From NCBI GenBank assembly GCA_020061125.1, contig JAGUYV010000078.1:1-42021 (forward strand): 42,021 bases of DNA. The letters run 5' to 3'. The notes under the pieces are model-generated. The model was not told the DNA's origin. It saw only the letters and a list, made by a program, of their open reading frames with translations, and did not search any database. Of this stretch, positions 23,141 through 33,494 are shown one piece after another (the stretch's first letter is position 1; each line of letters begins with the position of its first letter). Source of the DNA: a bacterium. GTDB taxonomy: Bacteria; UBP15; UBA6099; DSWB01. A program made the translations under genes and the position numbers.

Positions 23141-24340
23141 TCAGAAGCCCACGAAGTACTCGAGCAGGGTGAGGTCGTTCTTGACCTTGGCGGTGCCGGC
23201 CGGGGGATCTTCCCGGTTGAACTCGTGTTCGAGCTGCAGCCAGGCGGCCTTGGCGAGATTGTGCTTCCAGGACAGGGCGATCTGCTGCTTGTCCCAGGTA
23301 GCGGTCTGTGCGGCCACGGGGGCTGTTTTGTAAGCGATCTGGCCGTACTGCACATACACCGAGTCGTTGTCGTCAACGGTGTAGCCGAGCACGGTCTGTC
23401 CGCCCTTGGACTTGTAGCCGCCGATGTCGGCGGTGGTGTACTCCGCCTGCCAGACCCAGGGGCCTTCCTTGTAGCGGAACTCGCCGCCCAGCATGGTGTG
23501 GCGGCGCTTGGTGGCGGTGAAGGCGGTGCGGGCCAGCAGGTTCGCGGCGTCCGTGTTGGACAGGCGCGCGGTGTAGCCGCTCAAGCCCAGTTCCAGGTTC
23601 TTGGTCACTTTGCCGCTGATGCGCATGGACACGGCCTTGTTGTTGTTGGTGTCCAGGCCGCTGGCCTCTTCGCGGTTGGCCAGCACGCGGGTAGCCTGAT
23701 TGTTGGTGGTGATGGCGTCGGCGCTGTTGGCGCTGAACAGGGCGATGCCCGCTCCGCGGGAGCCGATGGTGTAGCCGTTGATCACGCTGACATTGAGATC
23801 AATGTTGCCGCTGTCGAGCTTGTTCAGGGACTGGATGCCCCACACGCGATCGTGGTGGTAAGAGTCGCTGTACAGGCTGTAGTTGGACAGCAGGCGGTTC
23901 GGGCCGGTGGGCACGATGCCGTAGGACATGTTGCGGGTCTTACCGAAAATCATCTTGCTGCCCTTGCCGATGCCCAGCTCATCCACGCTCATGAAGGCGC
24001 TTTCCAGGTAGAACCCGTTGGTGGGGTAAAACCACAGGTTGGCCTGGGCATGGATTCTGTCGGACGCATCCCAGCGGGGCTGAAACGCGACTTCCGTGGA
24101 CTGGAAGGTGTTGGATTCGGCCTGGGACATCTCGAAGCGGCCGCGCAGATAGCCGGAGAACTTGAGGCTGCTGGCCGGGGCGCCCGCAGCGGCGCTGCCT
24201 GCTTCGAGCTTGGCGAGCTTGCTCTCGAGGGATGCGATCTGTTTTTTGACTTCGGCGATGTCGTCCTGCGCCAGAGCCGCAACACAAGCGCTGCCCGCGA
24301 TCATCAGGCTCATTATCATGGTGATAATGGTTTTTTTCAC
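23141..24340 (-). CDS. Outer-membrane beta-barrel porin-like protein with N-terminal coiled-coil segment
   Basis: A GTG at 24340 is preceded by AAGGAGG and opens with the signal peptide VKKTIITMIMSLMIAGSACVAALA. A heptad segment follows (IAEVKKQIASLESKLAKLEAG). The rest shows alternating beta-strand-like sequence and ends in ...LLEYFVGF, a terminal aromatic typical of OMPs. Confidence 0.6.
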   Translation of the reverse strand: MKKTIITMIMSLMIAGSACVAALAQDDIAEVKKQIASLESKLAKLEAGSAAAGAPASSLKFSGYLRGRFEMSQAESNTFQSTEVAFQPRWDASDRIHAQANLWFYPTNGFYLESAFMSVDELGIGKGSKMIFGKTRNMSYGIVPTGPNRLLSNYSLYSDSYHHDRVWGIQSLNKLDSGNIDLNVSVINGYTIGSRGAGIALFSANSADAITTNNQATRVLANREEASGLDTNNNKAVSMRISGKVTKNLELGLSGYTARLSNTDAANLLARTAFTATKRRHTMLGGEFRYKEGPWVWQAEYTTADIGGYKSKGGQTVLGYTVDDNDSVYVQYGQIAYKTAPVAAQTATWDKQQIALSWKHNLAKAAWLQLEHEFNREDPPAGTAKVKNDLTLLEYFVGF

Positions 24341-24513
24341 TACTCTGCCTCCTTGGAACCGTGATTTTTTTTGTTTGTCTTCTTTATATAAAGCCCCGGA
24401 TCCCTGGGAAACCGCGGCTTTGCACTGAAACCAGTACTTCTTCACACTCCCATTTCTTGACTGTAATATCCGCCTAGAATGTCATTCTTTGCTAAAAAAA
24501 TCACAATATATAT

Positions 24514-25818
24514 TTAGTCAAGTTTGCGCTTGTCCACCACTCTTTTTACTTTGCCCTCGCTGCGCTCCAGGGACTTTGGTTCCACCAGCTTGACTTTCAC
24601 GGACACTCCGAGCGTACTGGTCAGCTCGGCCTGGATCCGGTTCTTGAGTTCATGCATCTGCCTCATCTCGTCCATGAACAGATTTTCATGCACCTCGACC
24701 TGGACTTCGAGCTGGTCCATGGCTCCCTGCCGATCCACCACAATGAGGTAATGGGGTTGCGTGCCCTCGATCCCCAGAAGCACATGCTCGATCTGCTGCG
24801 GGTAAACATTGACGCCGCGGATGATGAGCATGTCGTCGCTGCGGCGGCGCACGCGCTCCATGCGCACCAGGGTGCGGCCGCACGCGCACGGCTCATAGTG
24901 CAGGCGCGTGAGGTCCCGCGTGCGGTAACGGAGCAGCGGCAGCCCTTCCTTGGTCAGCGTGGTGAGCACGAGTTCGCCCTCCCGCCCCTCGGGCATGGGT
25001 TCGCCGGTGTCAGGGTCTATGATTTCAGGCAGGAAATGATCTTCGGCGATGTGATGCCCGCAGCGCTCCAGGCACTCGCCCGCCACGCCCGGCCCCATGA
25101 TTTCGCTCAACCCGTAATTGTCCGTGGCCTTGATGAACATGCGCTCCTCGATCTGCGCGCGCATGGCTTCAGACCACGGCTCGGAGCCGAACAGGCCCAC
25201 TTTGAGATTGGTGCTCTTGGGGTCCACGCCCTGCTCTTCCATGGCCTCGGCGATGGTGAGGGCGTAGGACGGGGTGCATACCAGGGCGGAGGTTTTGTAA
25301 TCCTTGATGATGAGCACCTGGCGACGGGTGTTGCCCACGGAAGTGGGAATCACGGACGCGCCGATGAGTTCCGCGCCCTGGTGCAGGCCGAATGCGCCGG
25401 TGAACAGGCCATAGCCGAATGCGATCTGGATGAAATCCTCCCTGGAAACGCCCACAGCAGTCATCATGCGCGCGCACAGTTCGCTCCAGGTGCGCAGGTC
25501 GCGGGCCGTGTAGCCCACGACCGTGGGATGGCCCGTGGTGCCGCTCGATGAGTGGATGCGCACGATCTCGCGCAGGGGCACGGCGAACATTTCATAGGGA
25601 TAGGCTTCGCGCAGGTCGTCCTTGACCGTGAAGGGCAGCTTGCGCAGGTCGTCCAGGCTCGATATGTCCTCGGGAAGCAGGCCCAGGTCGTCGAATTTCT
25701 TTTTGTAGAATTTCACATTGCGGCAGCAGCGGTTGACCGTGGCCTGCAGGCGTTCGAGCTGAAGCTGGCGCAGGTCCTCGCGCTTCATGGTTTCGTATTC
25801 GGGTTTGAAGATCGCCAT
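24514..25818 (-). CDS. Phenylacetate-CoA ligase family (PaaK-like / F390 synthetase-like) adenylating enzyme, copy 1
   Basis: [25 protein letters not shown]... is a typical PaaK-family N-terminus. AMP-binding motif [17 protein letters not shown]. The ATG overlaps the livF stop (TAATG). Confidence 0.9.
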   Translation of the reverse strand: MAIFKPEYETMKREDLRQLQLERLQATVNRCCRNVKFYKKKFDDLGLLPEDISSLDDLRKLPFTVKDDLREAYPYEMFAVPLREIVRIHSSSGTTGHPTVVGYTARDLRTWSELCARMMTAVGVSREDFIQIAFGYGLFTGAFGLHQGAELIGASVIPTSVGNTRRQVLIIKDYKTSALVCTPSYALTIAEAMEEQGVDPKSTNLKVGLFGSEPWSEAMRAQIEERMFIKATDNYGLSEIMGPGVAGECLERCGHHIAEDHFLPEIIDPDTGEPMPEGREGELVLTTLTKEGLPLLRYRTRDLTRLHYEPCACGRTLVRMERVRRRSDDMLIIRGVNVYPQQIEHVLLGIEGTQPHYLIVVDRQGAMDQLEVQVEVHENLFMDEMRQMHELKNRIQAELTSTLGVSVKVKLVEPKSLERSEGKVKRVVDKRKLD

Positions 25819-26549
25819 TATTCCCAGACCTCCTTGTAGCCCTTGCCGAGGTAGGCGCGTTTGACTTCCTTGTTGGCCATGAGTTCGTCCACCGGGCCTT
25901 GCAGCGCCACGCGGCCGGTTTCGAGCACATAGGCGCGCCGGGCCATGGCGAAGGCGAGCCGCACATTCTGTTCCACCAGAAGCAGGGTGAGGCCCTGTTT
26001 CTGCAAATCGCCGAGCACGGCGAAAATCTCCTCGATGATCGTGGGCGCCAGGCCCATGGACGGTTCGTCCAACAGCAAGAGCCTGGGCCTGGCCATGAGC
26101 GCACGGCCCACAGCCACCATCTGCTGCTCGCCTCCGCTCAAGGTGCCTGCGAGCTGCGCGCGGCGTTCCTTGAGGCGCGGGAAAATTTCGTAGATGCGCT
26201 CCAGGTCGGTGTCGAGCTGCGCGCGGTCCGCGGCGTAGCGGTGGTACGCGCCCAGCATGAGGTTGTCCTGCACCGTGAGCGTGGCGAACAGCTTGCGCCC
26301 CTCGGGCACGAGCGCAATGCCTCGCCGGATCACACGCGCCGGCGCCATGGCCGTGATGTTTTCGTCAAAGAGCTGAATCGTTCCTTTGCGCGGAGGCAGC
26401 AGCCCTGTGATGCTCTTCATGAGCGTGCTCTTGCCCGCTCCGTTGGCGCCGATCAGCGCCACGGCTTCACCCTCGCTCACATGCAGGGACACGCCGTGCA
26501 GCACTCGCAGGTTTCCGTAATTCGTTGACAGACTCTGCACTTTCAGCAT
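25818..26549 (-). CDS. livF: Branched-chain/hydrophobic amino acid ABC transporter ATP-binding protein (LivF type)
   Basis: Walker [10 protein letters not shown], signature LSGGEQQM, Walker B LLLLDEPS. The size and C-terminus are typical of LivF. Confidence 0.9.
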   Translation of the reverse strand: MLKVQSLSTNYGNLRVLHGVSLHVSEGEAVALIGANGAGKSTLMKSITGLLPPRKGTIQLFDENITAMAPARVIRRGIALVPEGRKLFATLTVQDNLMLGAYHRYAADRAQLDTDLERIYEIFPRLKERRAQLAGTLSGGEQQMVAVGRALMARPRLLLLDEPSMGLAPTIIEEIFAVLGDLQKQGLTLLLVEQNVRLAFAMARRAYVLETGRVALQGPVDELMANKEVKRAYLGKGYKEVWE

Positions 26550-26562
26550 GGGTGTCCGGGTC

Positions 26563-26590
26563 CCGTGTTCCGTGTTCCGTGTTCCGTCTT
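26563..26590. repeat. Tandem heptanucleotide repeat (CCGTGTT x3 + CCGTCTT)
   Basis: Read directly: CCGTGTT at 26563, 26570 and 26577, then CCGTCTT at 26584. It begins 14 nt upstream of the livF ATG, inside an otherwise unexplained 227-nt livG-livF spacer. Confidence 0.8.
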
Positions 26591-26776
26591 CCGCAAAGGC
26601 AAAAGATTAAATGTCAAAATATACCGCGGAGGCGCGCAGATGCGGAGATGTGTTTCTGCTCGGCCATGGGCCGGGTTCGGCGTGAACCCTGTGGCCGTTG
26701 TGACTGGCGCTGCCTTCAAGACTCCCTCTCAATTTCCAATAACTGTTCCGCAATTCGCCAATGCGCCCCTTTGTCT

Positions 26777-27553
26777 CTATTCCGCAACATACTCCGCGCC
26801 CAGATAAACGCGGATGACCTCGGGGTCGTTCTGCACCTCGCGGGGCAGGCCTTCGGCGAGCTTGCTGCCGAAATCCAGGACCATGACCTCGTCGGAAATG
26901 TTCATGACCAGGGACATGTCGTGCTCAACCAGGAGCACGGTCACGCCCGTGTCGCGGATGCGGCAGATGAGCTGCGCGATTTCCTCGGTCTCACGCGTGT
27001 TGAGGCCCGCGGCAGGCTCGTCGAGCAGCAGCAGTTTCGGTTCGGTGGCCAGGGCGCGCGCGATCTCGAGGGTCTTCTGCTGGCCGAAGGCGAGGCTGTG
27101 CGCGTCCGTGGCGGCGATGTCCGAGAGGCCCACGAATTCAAGATGCTCGAGGGCCGCGGCGCGGATGCGGCGCTCCTCGGAGATGGCGTGGGGCATTCGC
27201 AGCGCGGCGCCCAGGAATCCGGTGCGGGTGCGGCAGTGCCGGCCCACCATGACATTTTGTATCGCGCTCATGCCCCGGAACAGTTTCACATTCTGGAAGG
27301 TGCGCGCAATGCCCAGGCGCGTAATTTCGTGCGAGGGCATGGACGCTATGTCCCGGCCCTGGAACATGATGCTACCGGCCGATGGAGGGAATGCGCCCGC
27401 AACCATGTTGAATATGGTGGTCTTACCCGCTCCGTTGGGGCCGATGATGGACTTGACATGCCCGGAGCGCACCTGGAAGCTCACGCCGTCCACGGCCTGC
27501 AGGCCGCCGAACCGCTTGCCCAGGTCTCGCACATCAAGCAAAGTGTCGCTCAT
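26777..27553 (-). CDS. livG: Branched-chain/hydrophobic amino acid ABC transporter ATP-binding protein (LivG type)
   Basis: Walker A GPNGAGKTT, signature region LAFGQQKTLEIARAL, Walker B LLLLDEPAAGL. The ATG at 27553 has GGAG 6 nt upstream; the ORF-track ATG at 27559 abuts the SD. Confidence 0.9.
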   Translation of the reverse strand: MSDTLLDVRDLGKRFGGLQAVDGVSFQVRSGHVKSIIGPNGAGKTTIFNMVAGAFPPSAGSIMFQGRDIASMPSHEITRLGIARTFQNVKLFRGMSAIQNVMVGRHCRTRTGFLGAALRMPHAISEERRIRAAALEHLEFVGLSDIAATDAHSLAFGQQKTLEIARALATEPKLLLLDEPAAGLNTRETEEIAQLICRIRDTGVTVLLVEHDMSLVMNISDEVMVLDFGSKLAEGLPREVQNDPEVIRVYLGAEYVAE

Positions 27554-27572
27554 CGTCATCTCCGCGCGCGTT

Positions 27573-28649
27573 TCATGATGCGTCCGAAACGCGCCGCTTT
27601 CCGCGCACGGCGCGCACGCGGCGCGCCAGCGTCCGGAACATGTCCGCCGTGCCCGTGAATATGCCCTGCGGCATGAAAATCATGAACACGATGATAATCA
27701 GGCCGTAAATCAGGACATCGAGTTCCTGAAATTTCTGAATGAGTTTGAAAATCTGCGTGTCGCTCAACCCGAGGCTGTTGTGGATAAAATCCGGCAGGTC
27801 CGCGGCCTTGACTTTCTGGGTGCGGCGCAGGAACTCTGGCAGCAGAGACAGCAGCACCGTGGCGCAGAGCGTGCCCCACAGGTTGGCCATGCCGCCCACG
27901 GCCACCATGGCCACGAAAATTACGGACAGCATCAGCTCCGCGGAATTGGCGCCGATGAACCCGTCGTAGTGGACATAGAGGAACCCGGCGTACGCGGCCA
28001 TGCCCGCGCTCAACACGAACACCTTGAGCTTGAACGCGCTCGTGTTCACGCCCGCGGCGTTGGCCGCTTCCTCGTTGCCGTGGATGCTCATAAGCGCGCG
28101 TCCGGGACGCGACCGGATGATGTTGCCGGCCAGGAGCATGAACACCGCCACATTAATCCACACGAAAAGGAAATAGAAAATGCCCCCGTCCTCGGCGAGG
28201 TTGGTTCCGAAAAGAGTCAGCGGCGGCGCGCCCGAGATGCCGCTCGAACCGCCGGTGAACTCGATGCTCGAATGAATCAGCGAATACACGATCACGCCGA
28301 ATCCGAGAGTGGCCATGGCCAGGTAGTGACCGCGCAGGCGCAAAGTGGGAATGCCGATCAGAAACGCGACCGCGCACGAGAGCGCGACCGCGCACACAAG
28401 GCCGCCCCACAGGGGAACCCCGTACCGGATTGTGAGAATGGCCGAGGTGTAGCCCCCGATGGCGTAAAACGCGGCGTGGCCGATGGACACCTGCCCGGCG
28501 TAGCCCACCAGCAGGCACATGCCGATGGTCACGATGCAGTACATCCCCGCCCGCGTGAGCAGCATCAGCGTGTACAGTTTTCCAAATACGAAAAGATATC
28601 CGAGCAGCACGCTCAACACCGCAAAGGGTTTCCAGTCGAAGCGGTCCAT
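27573..28649 (-). CDS. livM: ABC transporter permease (LivM type)
   Basis: Polytopic membrane protein with LivM-like size and order. It lies 3 nt downstream of livH. Confidence 0.9.
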   Translation of the reverse strand: MDRFDWKPFAVLSVLLGYLFVFGKLYTLMLLTRAGMYCIVTIGMCLLVGYAGQVSIGHAAFYAIGGYTSAILTIRYGVPLWGGLVCAVALSCAVAFLIGIPTLRLRGHYLAMATLGFGVIVYSLIHSSIEFTGGSSGISGAPPLTLFGTNLAEDGGIFYFLFVWINVAVFMLLAGNIIRSRPGRALMSIHGNEEAANAAGVNTSAFKLKVFVLSAGMAAYAGFLYVHYDGFIGANSAELMLSVIFVAMVAVGGMANLWGTLCATVLLSLLPEFLRRTQKVKAADLPDFIHNSLGLSDTQIFKLIQKFQELDVLIYGLIIIVFMIFMPQGIFTGTADMFRTLARRVRAVRGKRRVSDAS

Positions 28650-28652
28650 GGA

Positions 28653-29546
28653 TCAGAAATCTTTCAGTCGCGCGACTTCGGCTTTGCCGAGGATGCCGCT
28701 GGGTTTGACGAACAGCACGAGCAGAAGCAGGGCCAGGGTGATGGCTTCCTTGTAGGTGGGTGACAGAAATCCGGCGCTGAATGTCTCGAACAGGCCGATG
28801 AGAATGCCCGCGAGCACCGCGCCCACGCTGTTGCCCAGGCCGCCGATGATGGCGACCTCGAAGCCTCGAAGCCCGAAGTATGGGCCGCGCCCGTATTCCA
28901 TGCTCGCGCCGGGCGTGTACACCACGCCGGCCACCGCGCCCAGGGCCGCGCTCAAGGCGAACGACAGCAGCACGATGCGGTCCACATTGATGCCCATCAG
29001 CAGCGCGGCCTCGCGGTTTTCCGCGCATGCGCGCATGGCCTTGCCCGTCACGGTTTTTTCAAAGAACCAGTACAGAGCCGCCACCACCAGGGCCACGATC
29101 ACAAGCACGAGAAGCGTGTCCCATTTGATGATGGCGTCCATGAACCGGATGGGCGGCGCGTCAATGAACGGGTCCAGGCGCTGCGGATACTTGCCCCAGA
29201 TGAGCATGGCCACGCCGCGCATGAAAATCGAACCGCCGATGGTGATGATGACCATTGTGATCACCGATGGCTTTTTGAGCGGCGCGATGGCGGTTCTGTG
29301 AAACAGGGCGCCGATGCCGGCCAAAGCCAGAACCGTGATGGGAAACGCCACGGGCGCGGGAATGCCCCACGCCATGCACAGCGTGATCATGATGAACGAG
29401 CCGAACACGGCGAACTCGCCCTGCGCGAAATTGATGATCCCGGTGGCGTTGTAGATGATGTTCAGCCCCAGCGCCACGAGGATGTAGGTGCCGCCGTTGG
29501 CCAGGCCGGAAAAAGTGAATTGAATGATTTGAGACAGCAGGCTCAT
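28653..29546 (-). CDS. livH: ABC transporter permease (LivH type)
   Basis: MSLLSQIIQFTFSGLANGGTYILVALGLNIIYNATGIINFAQGEF is the conserved LivH N-terminus. The ORF-track extension to 29639 is Arg/His-rich and is rejected. Confidence 0.9.
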   Translation of the reverse strand: MSLLSQIIQFTFSGLANGGTYILVALGLNIIYNATGIINFAQGEFAVFGSFIMITLCMAWGIPAPVAFPITVLALAGIGALFHRTAIAPLKKPSVITMVIITIGGSIFMRGVAMLIWGKYPQRLDPFIDAPPIRFMDAIIKWDTLLVLVIVALVVAALYWFFEKTVTGKAMRACAENREAALLMGINVDRIVLLSFALSAALGAVAGVVYTPGASMEYGRGPYFGLRGFEVAIIGGLGNSVGAVLAGILIGLFETFSAGFLSPTYKEAITLALLLLVLFVKPSGILGKAEVARLKDF

Positions 29547-29687
29547 GCCGTGATGCGCTCCCGGGGAAAAACGGAGCGTCCGCGCGCGGGCCATGCACAT
29601 GCGCCCGTTGCGCGGATGCGGGTGAAACTCGGTGAACAAGCAAAGAGGCCGGCCGCGGCGTGCGCGGCCGGCCCCGGTGTAAACGGT

Positions 29688-30920
29688 TTACTGCTCGAGC
29701 AGCGCGAAGCTGCCGTTCTTCACGGTCAGCAGGGACAGAGAGTCCATGCCCAGGCCGTTGTGGTCCGTGGGGGTGAACTTGAACACGCCGCCGGTTCCAA
29801 TGAAGGTGGAATTTTCGATGGCGTCACGGATGGCGGCCTTGTCCGTGCCCGCCTCCTTGATGGCGTTCACGACGATCCACAGGGCGTCGTATGCGTGCCC
29901 GCCGAATGTGCTGACTTCCTCGGCGAAGCGGCTTTCATAGGCTTCCTTGTAATCCACGAGCACTTTCTTCTGGGGATCGCCGTCCGGCAGATTGTGCGCG
30001 ACCAGCAGGCGGCCGCCCGCGAAGATGATGCCGTTGGCGGCGTCGCCCGCGGCTTCCACATACTTGATGTTGCCGAATCCGTGGCTCTGGTACAGCGGGA
30101 TCTTGATGCCCAGTTCCTTCATTTTCTTGGGCACGATGGACTGGGCCGGGAGAATGGTCCAGTTGATCGCGGCCTGAAGGGACGCATCGGCCTTGACTTT
30201 GGTGAGCAGGGTTTCGAGATCGCCTTCCGTGGCCGCCGGCTCATAGGCGAGTTCCGCGGCGATCTGCACGCCGTGGTCCGCAGCGTAGGCCTTGATCTGC
30301 TTGAGGCCTTCCTGGCCGAACGCTTCGTTGCCGTACAGCACGGCGATCTTGGTGATGCCGGCGTCCTGCATCTGCTGCAGGAGATGGCGGGCGACATAGC
30401 TGTCCTTCTGGGGGGTCTTGAACACCCAGGGGTTCAGAGGCTCGACGATGGCTTCGGCCGCGGCCGCGGAGATCAGGACGGTTTTGTTCTGGCCCATGAA
30501 ATCCTTGATGGCCATGGTGTTGCCGCTGCGGGAAGGCCCGATGATGGCAACGACTTCATCCTCGAAAATCAGTTTCTTGGCCAGTTCCTGGGTCTTGGCT
30601 TCGTCGCCCTCGTCGTCGTACACGATGACATCAATGGGAGAGCCGTTGATTCCGCCCGCGGCGTTGATCTGCTCTTCGAGCATTTCCACGGTTTTCTTTT
30701 CAGGCTCGCCCAGGAACGAGGCTTTGCCCGTGACCGAGAAGATGGCGCCGATCTTGATGGCTTCGCCCTTGGCTTCTCCGCCGACTTTTTCCTTGATGTT
30801 CTTTGCGGCTTCGGTGCCTTTTTCGCGCGCCTGTTTTGCAGCCTTGCAGCCGACCATGGAGCCGGCGAAGGCGGCCAGGGCCAGGAGCAGGCCCAGGGTG
30901 ATGATGCGTTTTTTCAACAT
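29688..30920 (-). CDS. ABC transporter periplasmic substrate-binding lipoprotein (LivK / Peripla_BP_6 type)
   Basis: Signal peptide plus lipobox: MLKKRIITLGLLLALAAFAGSMVGC. KIGAIFSVTGKASFLGEPEKK is typical of the Leu/Ile/Val-binding family. AGGAGG lies upstream; a GTG at 30926 is an alternative start. Confidence 0.85.
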   Translation of the reverse strand: MLKKRIITLGLLLALAAFAGSMVGCKAAKQAREKGTEAAKNIKEKVGGEAKGEAIKIGAIFSVTGKASFLGEPEKKTVEMLEEQINAAGGINGSPIDVIVYDDEGDEAKTQELAKKLIFEDEVVAIIGPSRSGNTMAIKDFMGQNKTVLISAAAAEAIVEPLNPWVFKTPQKDSYVARHLLQQMQDAGITKIAVLYGNEAFGQEGLKQIKAYAADHGVQIAAELAYEPAATEGDLETLLTKVKADASLQAAINWTILPAQSIVPKKMKELGIKIPLYQSHGFGNIKYVEAAGDAANGIIFAGGRLLVAHNLPDGDPQKKVLVDYKEAYESRFAEEVSTFGGHAYDALWIVVNAIKEAGTDKAAIRDAIENSTFIGTGGVFKFTPTDHNGLGMDSLSLLTVKNGSFALLEQ

Positions 30921-31001
30921 GTCCACACAACCTCCTGAATTGTTGGGGCGGGCGTGCAGGACGCCGCCCTTTACTAATAGTGATATATGGGCATCCCCGC
31001 G

Positions 31002-31430
31002 TCAGACCGTGTAAACTTCTTCCGGCGTGAGGACCTTGATGCCGTTCTTCTCGAATATGTCCAGAGTCTTTTCCTTGTCTTCCACTCGCAGAATGACCAC
31101 GGCGTTCTGGCCCGACTTGTGAAAGAAGGCATAGAGATACTCCACATTCACGCCGTTGTCGCTCAACACCTGAAGGAGCGAGGCCAGTCCGCCGGGCCGG
31201 TCCGGGGCTTCGGCGGCGATCACGCGGGTGGCCGTGGCCGTGACGCCCGCGGCCTTGAGCGCCTCGAGCGCCTTGTCCGTGTCCGAGGCGATGAAGCGCA
31301 GCACGCCGAAATCCGAGGTGTCGGCCACGCTCAATGCGCGGATGTTCACTCCGGCTTCGCCGATGATCCGGGTGATTTCCGCAAGCCGCCCGGATTTGTT
31401 TTCCAGAAATACGGATATCTGTCTGACCAT
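31002..31430 (-). CDS. ACT domain-containing protein (tandem ACT)
   Basis: MVRQISVFLENKSGRLAEITRIIGEAGVNIRALSVADTSDFGVLRFI is an ACT fold signature, and a second copy follows. GGGAGGG SD. Confidence 0.8.
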   Translation of the reverse strand: MVRQISVFLENKSGRLAEITRIIGEAGVNIRALSVADTSDFGVLRFIASDTDKALEALKAAGVTATATRVIAAEAPDRPGGLASLLQVLSDNGVNVEYLYAFFHKSGQNAVVILRVEDKEKTLDIFEKNGIKVLTPEEVYTV

Positions 31431-31496
31431 GCCGTGTGTCCCTCCCGGTTTGCTGCGGAGTTGATGATTTATTATACATCAACGCCGGTTTGTCAA

Positions 31497-32804
31497 TTAT
31501 ATGTTGCGCTTGTCCACGATGCGCACGGCCTTGCCTTCGCTGCGCTGGATGGTCTTGGGCTCCACGAGCTTGATTCTGGTGCCGATGAGAAGCACGCTTT
31601 CGAGTTCCTGCCTGATGCGGGCCTCGAGTTTTTCCAGCTCGCGGATTTCGTCGCTGAAAAGCTGCTCGGACACTTCGAGCCAGATCTCGAGGGTGTCCAT
31701 GGATTTCTGCCGGTCCACCACGATCTGATAATGCGGCTCCACGCCCTGGATGCCCATGATCACGCTCTCGATCTGGGACGGGTACACATTGACGCCGCGC
31801 ACGATGAGCATGTCGTCGCTGCGGCCGGTGACGCGCTCCATGCGCACATGGGTGCGGCCGCAGGGGCACGGCTCGGGGTGCAGGGCCGTGATGTCCCGCG
31901 TGCGGTAGCGCAGAATCGGAAACGCCTTGCGCGACACATTGGTGAACACGAGTTCGCCCTTTTCGCCCGGGGGCAGCGGCTCCAGGGTCTCGGGATCTAT
32001 GACCTCGGGAATGAAGTGATCGTCGAACACATGCAGGTGATTCTTTTCGAGGCATTCGCTGGCCACGCCCGGGCCGATGAGTTCGGTCAGCCCGTAGATG
32101 TCAATGGCCGTGATGCCGGTTTTGCTCTCGATCTGCTCGCGCATTTTTTCGGACCACATTTCAGCGCCGAACACGCCCACGCGCAGGTCGAGCTGGCGGA
32201 TGTCCACGCCCGCTTCCTCGGCGGCCTCGAACAGGTGCAGCGCGTAGCTGGGCGTGGAGCACAGAACCGTGGAGCCGAAGTCCTGCATGACCAGAATCTG
32301 GCGCTTGGTGTTGCCGCCGCTGATGGGGATGACCGTGGCGCCGATGCGCTCGGCGCCATAGTGCGCGCCCAGTCCGCCGGTGAACAGGCCGTACCCGTAG
32401 GCGTTCTGGATCACATCCTTGCGGGTCACGCCCGCGCAGGTGAAGGTGCGGGCCATGAGTTCGGCCCACAGGCGGATGTCTTCCTTGGTGTACGCGCCCA
32501 CTTTGGGCTTGCCCGTGGTGCCGCTGGACGAGTGGATGCGCACGATGTCCTTCATGGGCGACGCGAACATGCCGAACGGGTAGTTCGCAGCCAGGTCGTC
32601 TTTGGTGGTGAATGGCAGTTTGCTGATGTCGGACAGCTTGTGGATGTCGCGCGGCTTCACGCCCGCTTCGTCCATGGCTTTTTTGTAAAACGGCACTTTG
32701 TCGTAGATGCGGCGCACCATGCGCTTGAGCTTTTCGAGCTGCAGTTCGGCCTTGCGCTTCTCGGGCATGGTTTCGTAGCGCTTGTTCCAGATGATGTGGC
32801 TCAT
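31497..32804 (-). CDS. Phenylacetate-CoA ligase family (PaaK-like) adenylating enzyme, copy 2
   Basis: [20 protein letters not shown]-binding motif. Collinear with the paralog at 24514-25818. GGAGG SD. Confidence 0.9.
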   Translation of the reverse strand: MSHIIWNKRYETMPEKRKAELQLEKLKRMVRRIYDKVPFYKKAMDEAGVKPRDIHKLSDISKLPFTTKDDLAANYPFGMFASPMKDIVRIHSSSGTTGKPKVGAYTKEDIRLWAELMARTFTCAGVTRKDVIQNAYGYGLFTGGLGAHYGAERIGATVIPISGGNTKRQILVMQDFGSTVLCSTPSYALHLFEAAEEAGVDIRQLDLRVGVFGAEMWSEKMREQIESKTGITAIDIYGLTELIGPGVASECLEKNHLHVFDDHFIPEVIDPETLEPLPPGEKGELVFTNVSRKAFPILRYRTRDITALHPEPCPCGRTHVRMERVTGRSDDMLIVRGVNVYPSQIESVIMGIQGVEPHYQIVVDRQKSMDTLEIWLEVSEQLFSDEIRELEKLEARIRQELESVLLIGTRIKLVEPKTIQRSEGKAVRIVDKRNI

Positions 32805-32875
32805 TGCGTGAGACCTCCGATGCGGCGCGCGCCCCGCCGGGGACCGCGCCCGTGAATTCTTGCGGCGCGCCGCGC

Positions 32876-33463
32876 TTACCGGCCCGCGAGCGCCAGCCCG
32901 GCGTCCAGCGCCTTGAGGTTTATGTCCAGAAGGCTTTCCTTCACCAGTTCCTTATACACTTTCACCCAGATGTTTTTCTTGATGGGCAGATACGCGGCGA
33001 GCACGCCCACAAGCACGGAATTGAACACGCGCTCGGTGCCGATCTCCCTGGCCACTTTGTTGGCGTCCACCACGAGAATGTTCTTTGTTTTCTGCTTCAC
33101 GCGGTCCAGCGTGTCGTCTGGATATTTCATGCCGCCGGACGCCACCGAGGGCGGATCCACGCGCAGGTCGTTGATGAGCGCCGTGGTTTGCGGTCCCGCG
33201 TAGTTCAGATAGCGAAGGATCTCCATGTACTCGAAGGACAGAATGTAATGCGCCGAGGTTTCGGGCACCAGGGGGGAATAGATTTTTTCGCCCGCGCGCA
33301 CATGCGCGGACACGGCCCCGCCGCGCTGCGCCATGCCGTGCACTTCGCTCTGCTTCACATCGTAGCCCGCGGCCACGAACGCCTGGGAAATGACTTTGCC
33401 GGCCAGGATGTTGCCCTGCCCGCCGACTCCCACGATCAGAATGTTGCAGTCTTCTTTGGCCAT
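32876..33463 (-). CDS. iorB: Indolepyruvate ferredoxin oxidoreductase beta subunit
   Basis: [19 protein letters not shown]-terminus, about 195 aa, directly downstream of iorA. Confidence 0.9.
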   Translation of the reverse strand: MAKEDCNILIVGVGGQGNILAGKVISQAFVAAGYDVKQSEVHGMAQRGGAVSAHVRAGEKIYSPLVPETSAHYILSFEYMEILRYLNYAGPQTTALINDLRVDPPSVASGGMKYPDDTLDRVKQKTKNILVVDANKVAREIGTERVFNSVLVGVLAAYLPIKKNIWVKVYKELVKESLLDINLKALDAGLALAGR

Positions 33464-33494
33464 GTGTCGTCCATTCCGTTTCAGATAAGTATTG

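Noticed and set aside
26563-26590. The tandem repeat as a CRISPR array or minisatellite.
   Set aside because: The units are 7 nt with no spacers and only four copies, and no cas genes are present. It is a simple short tandem repeat.
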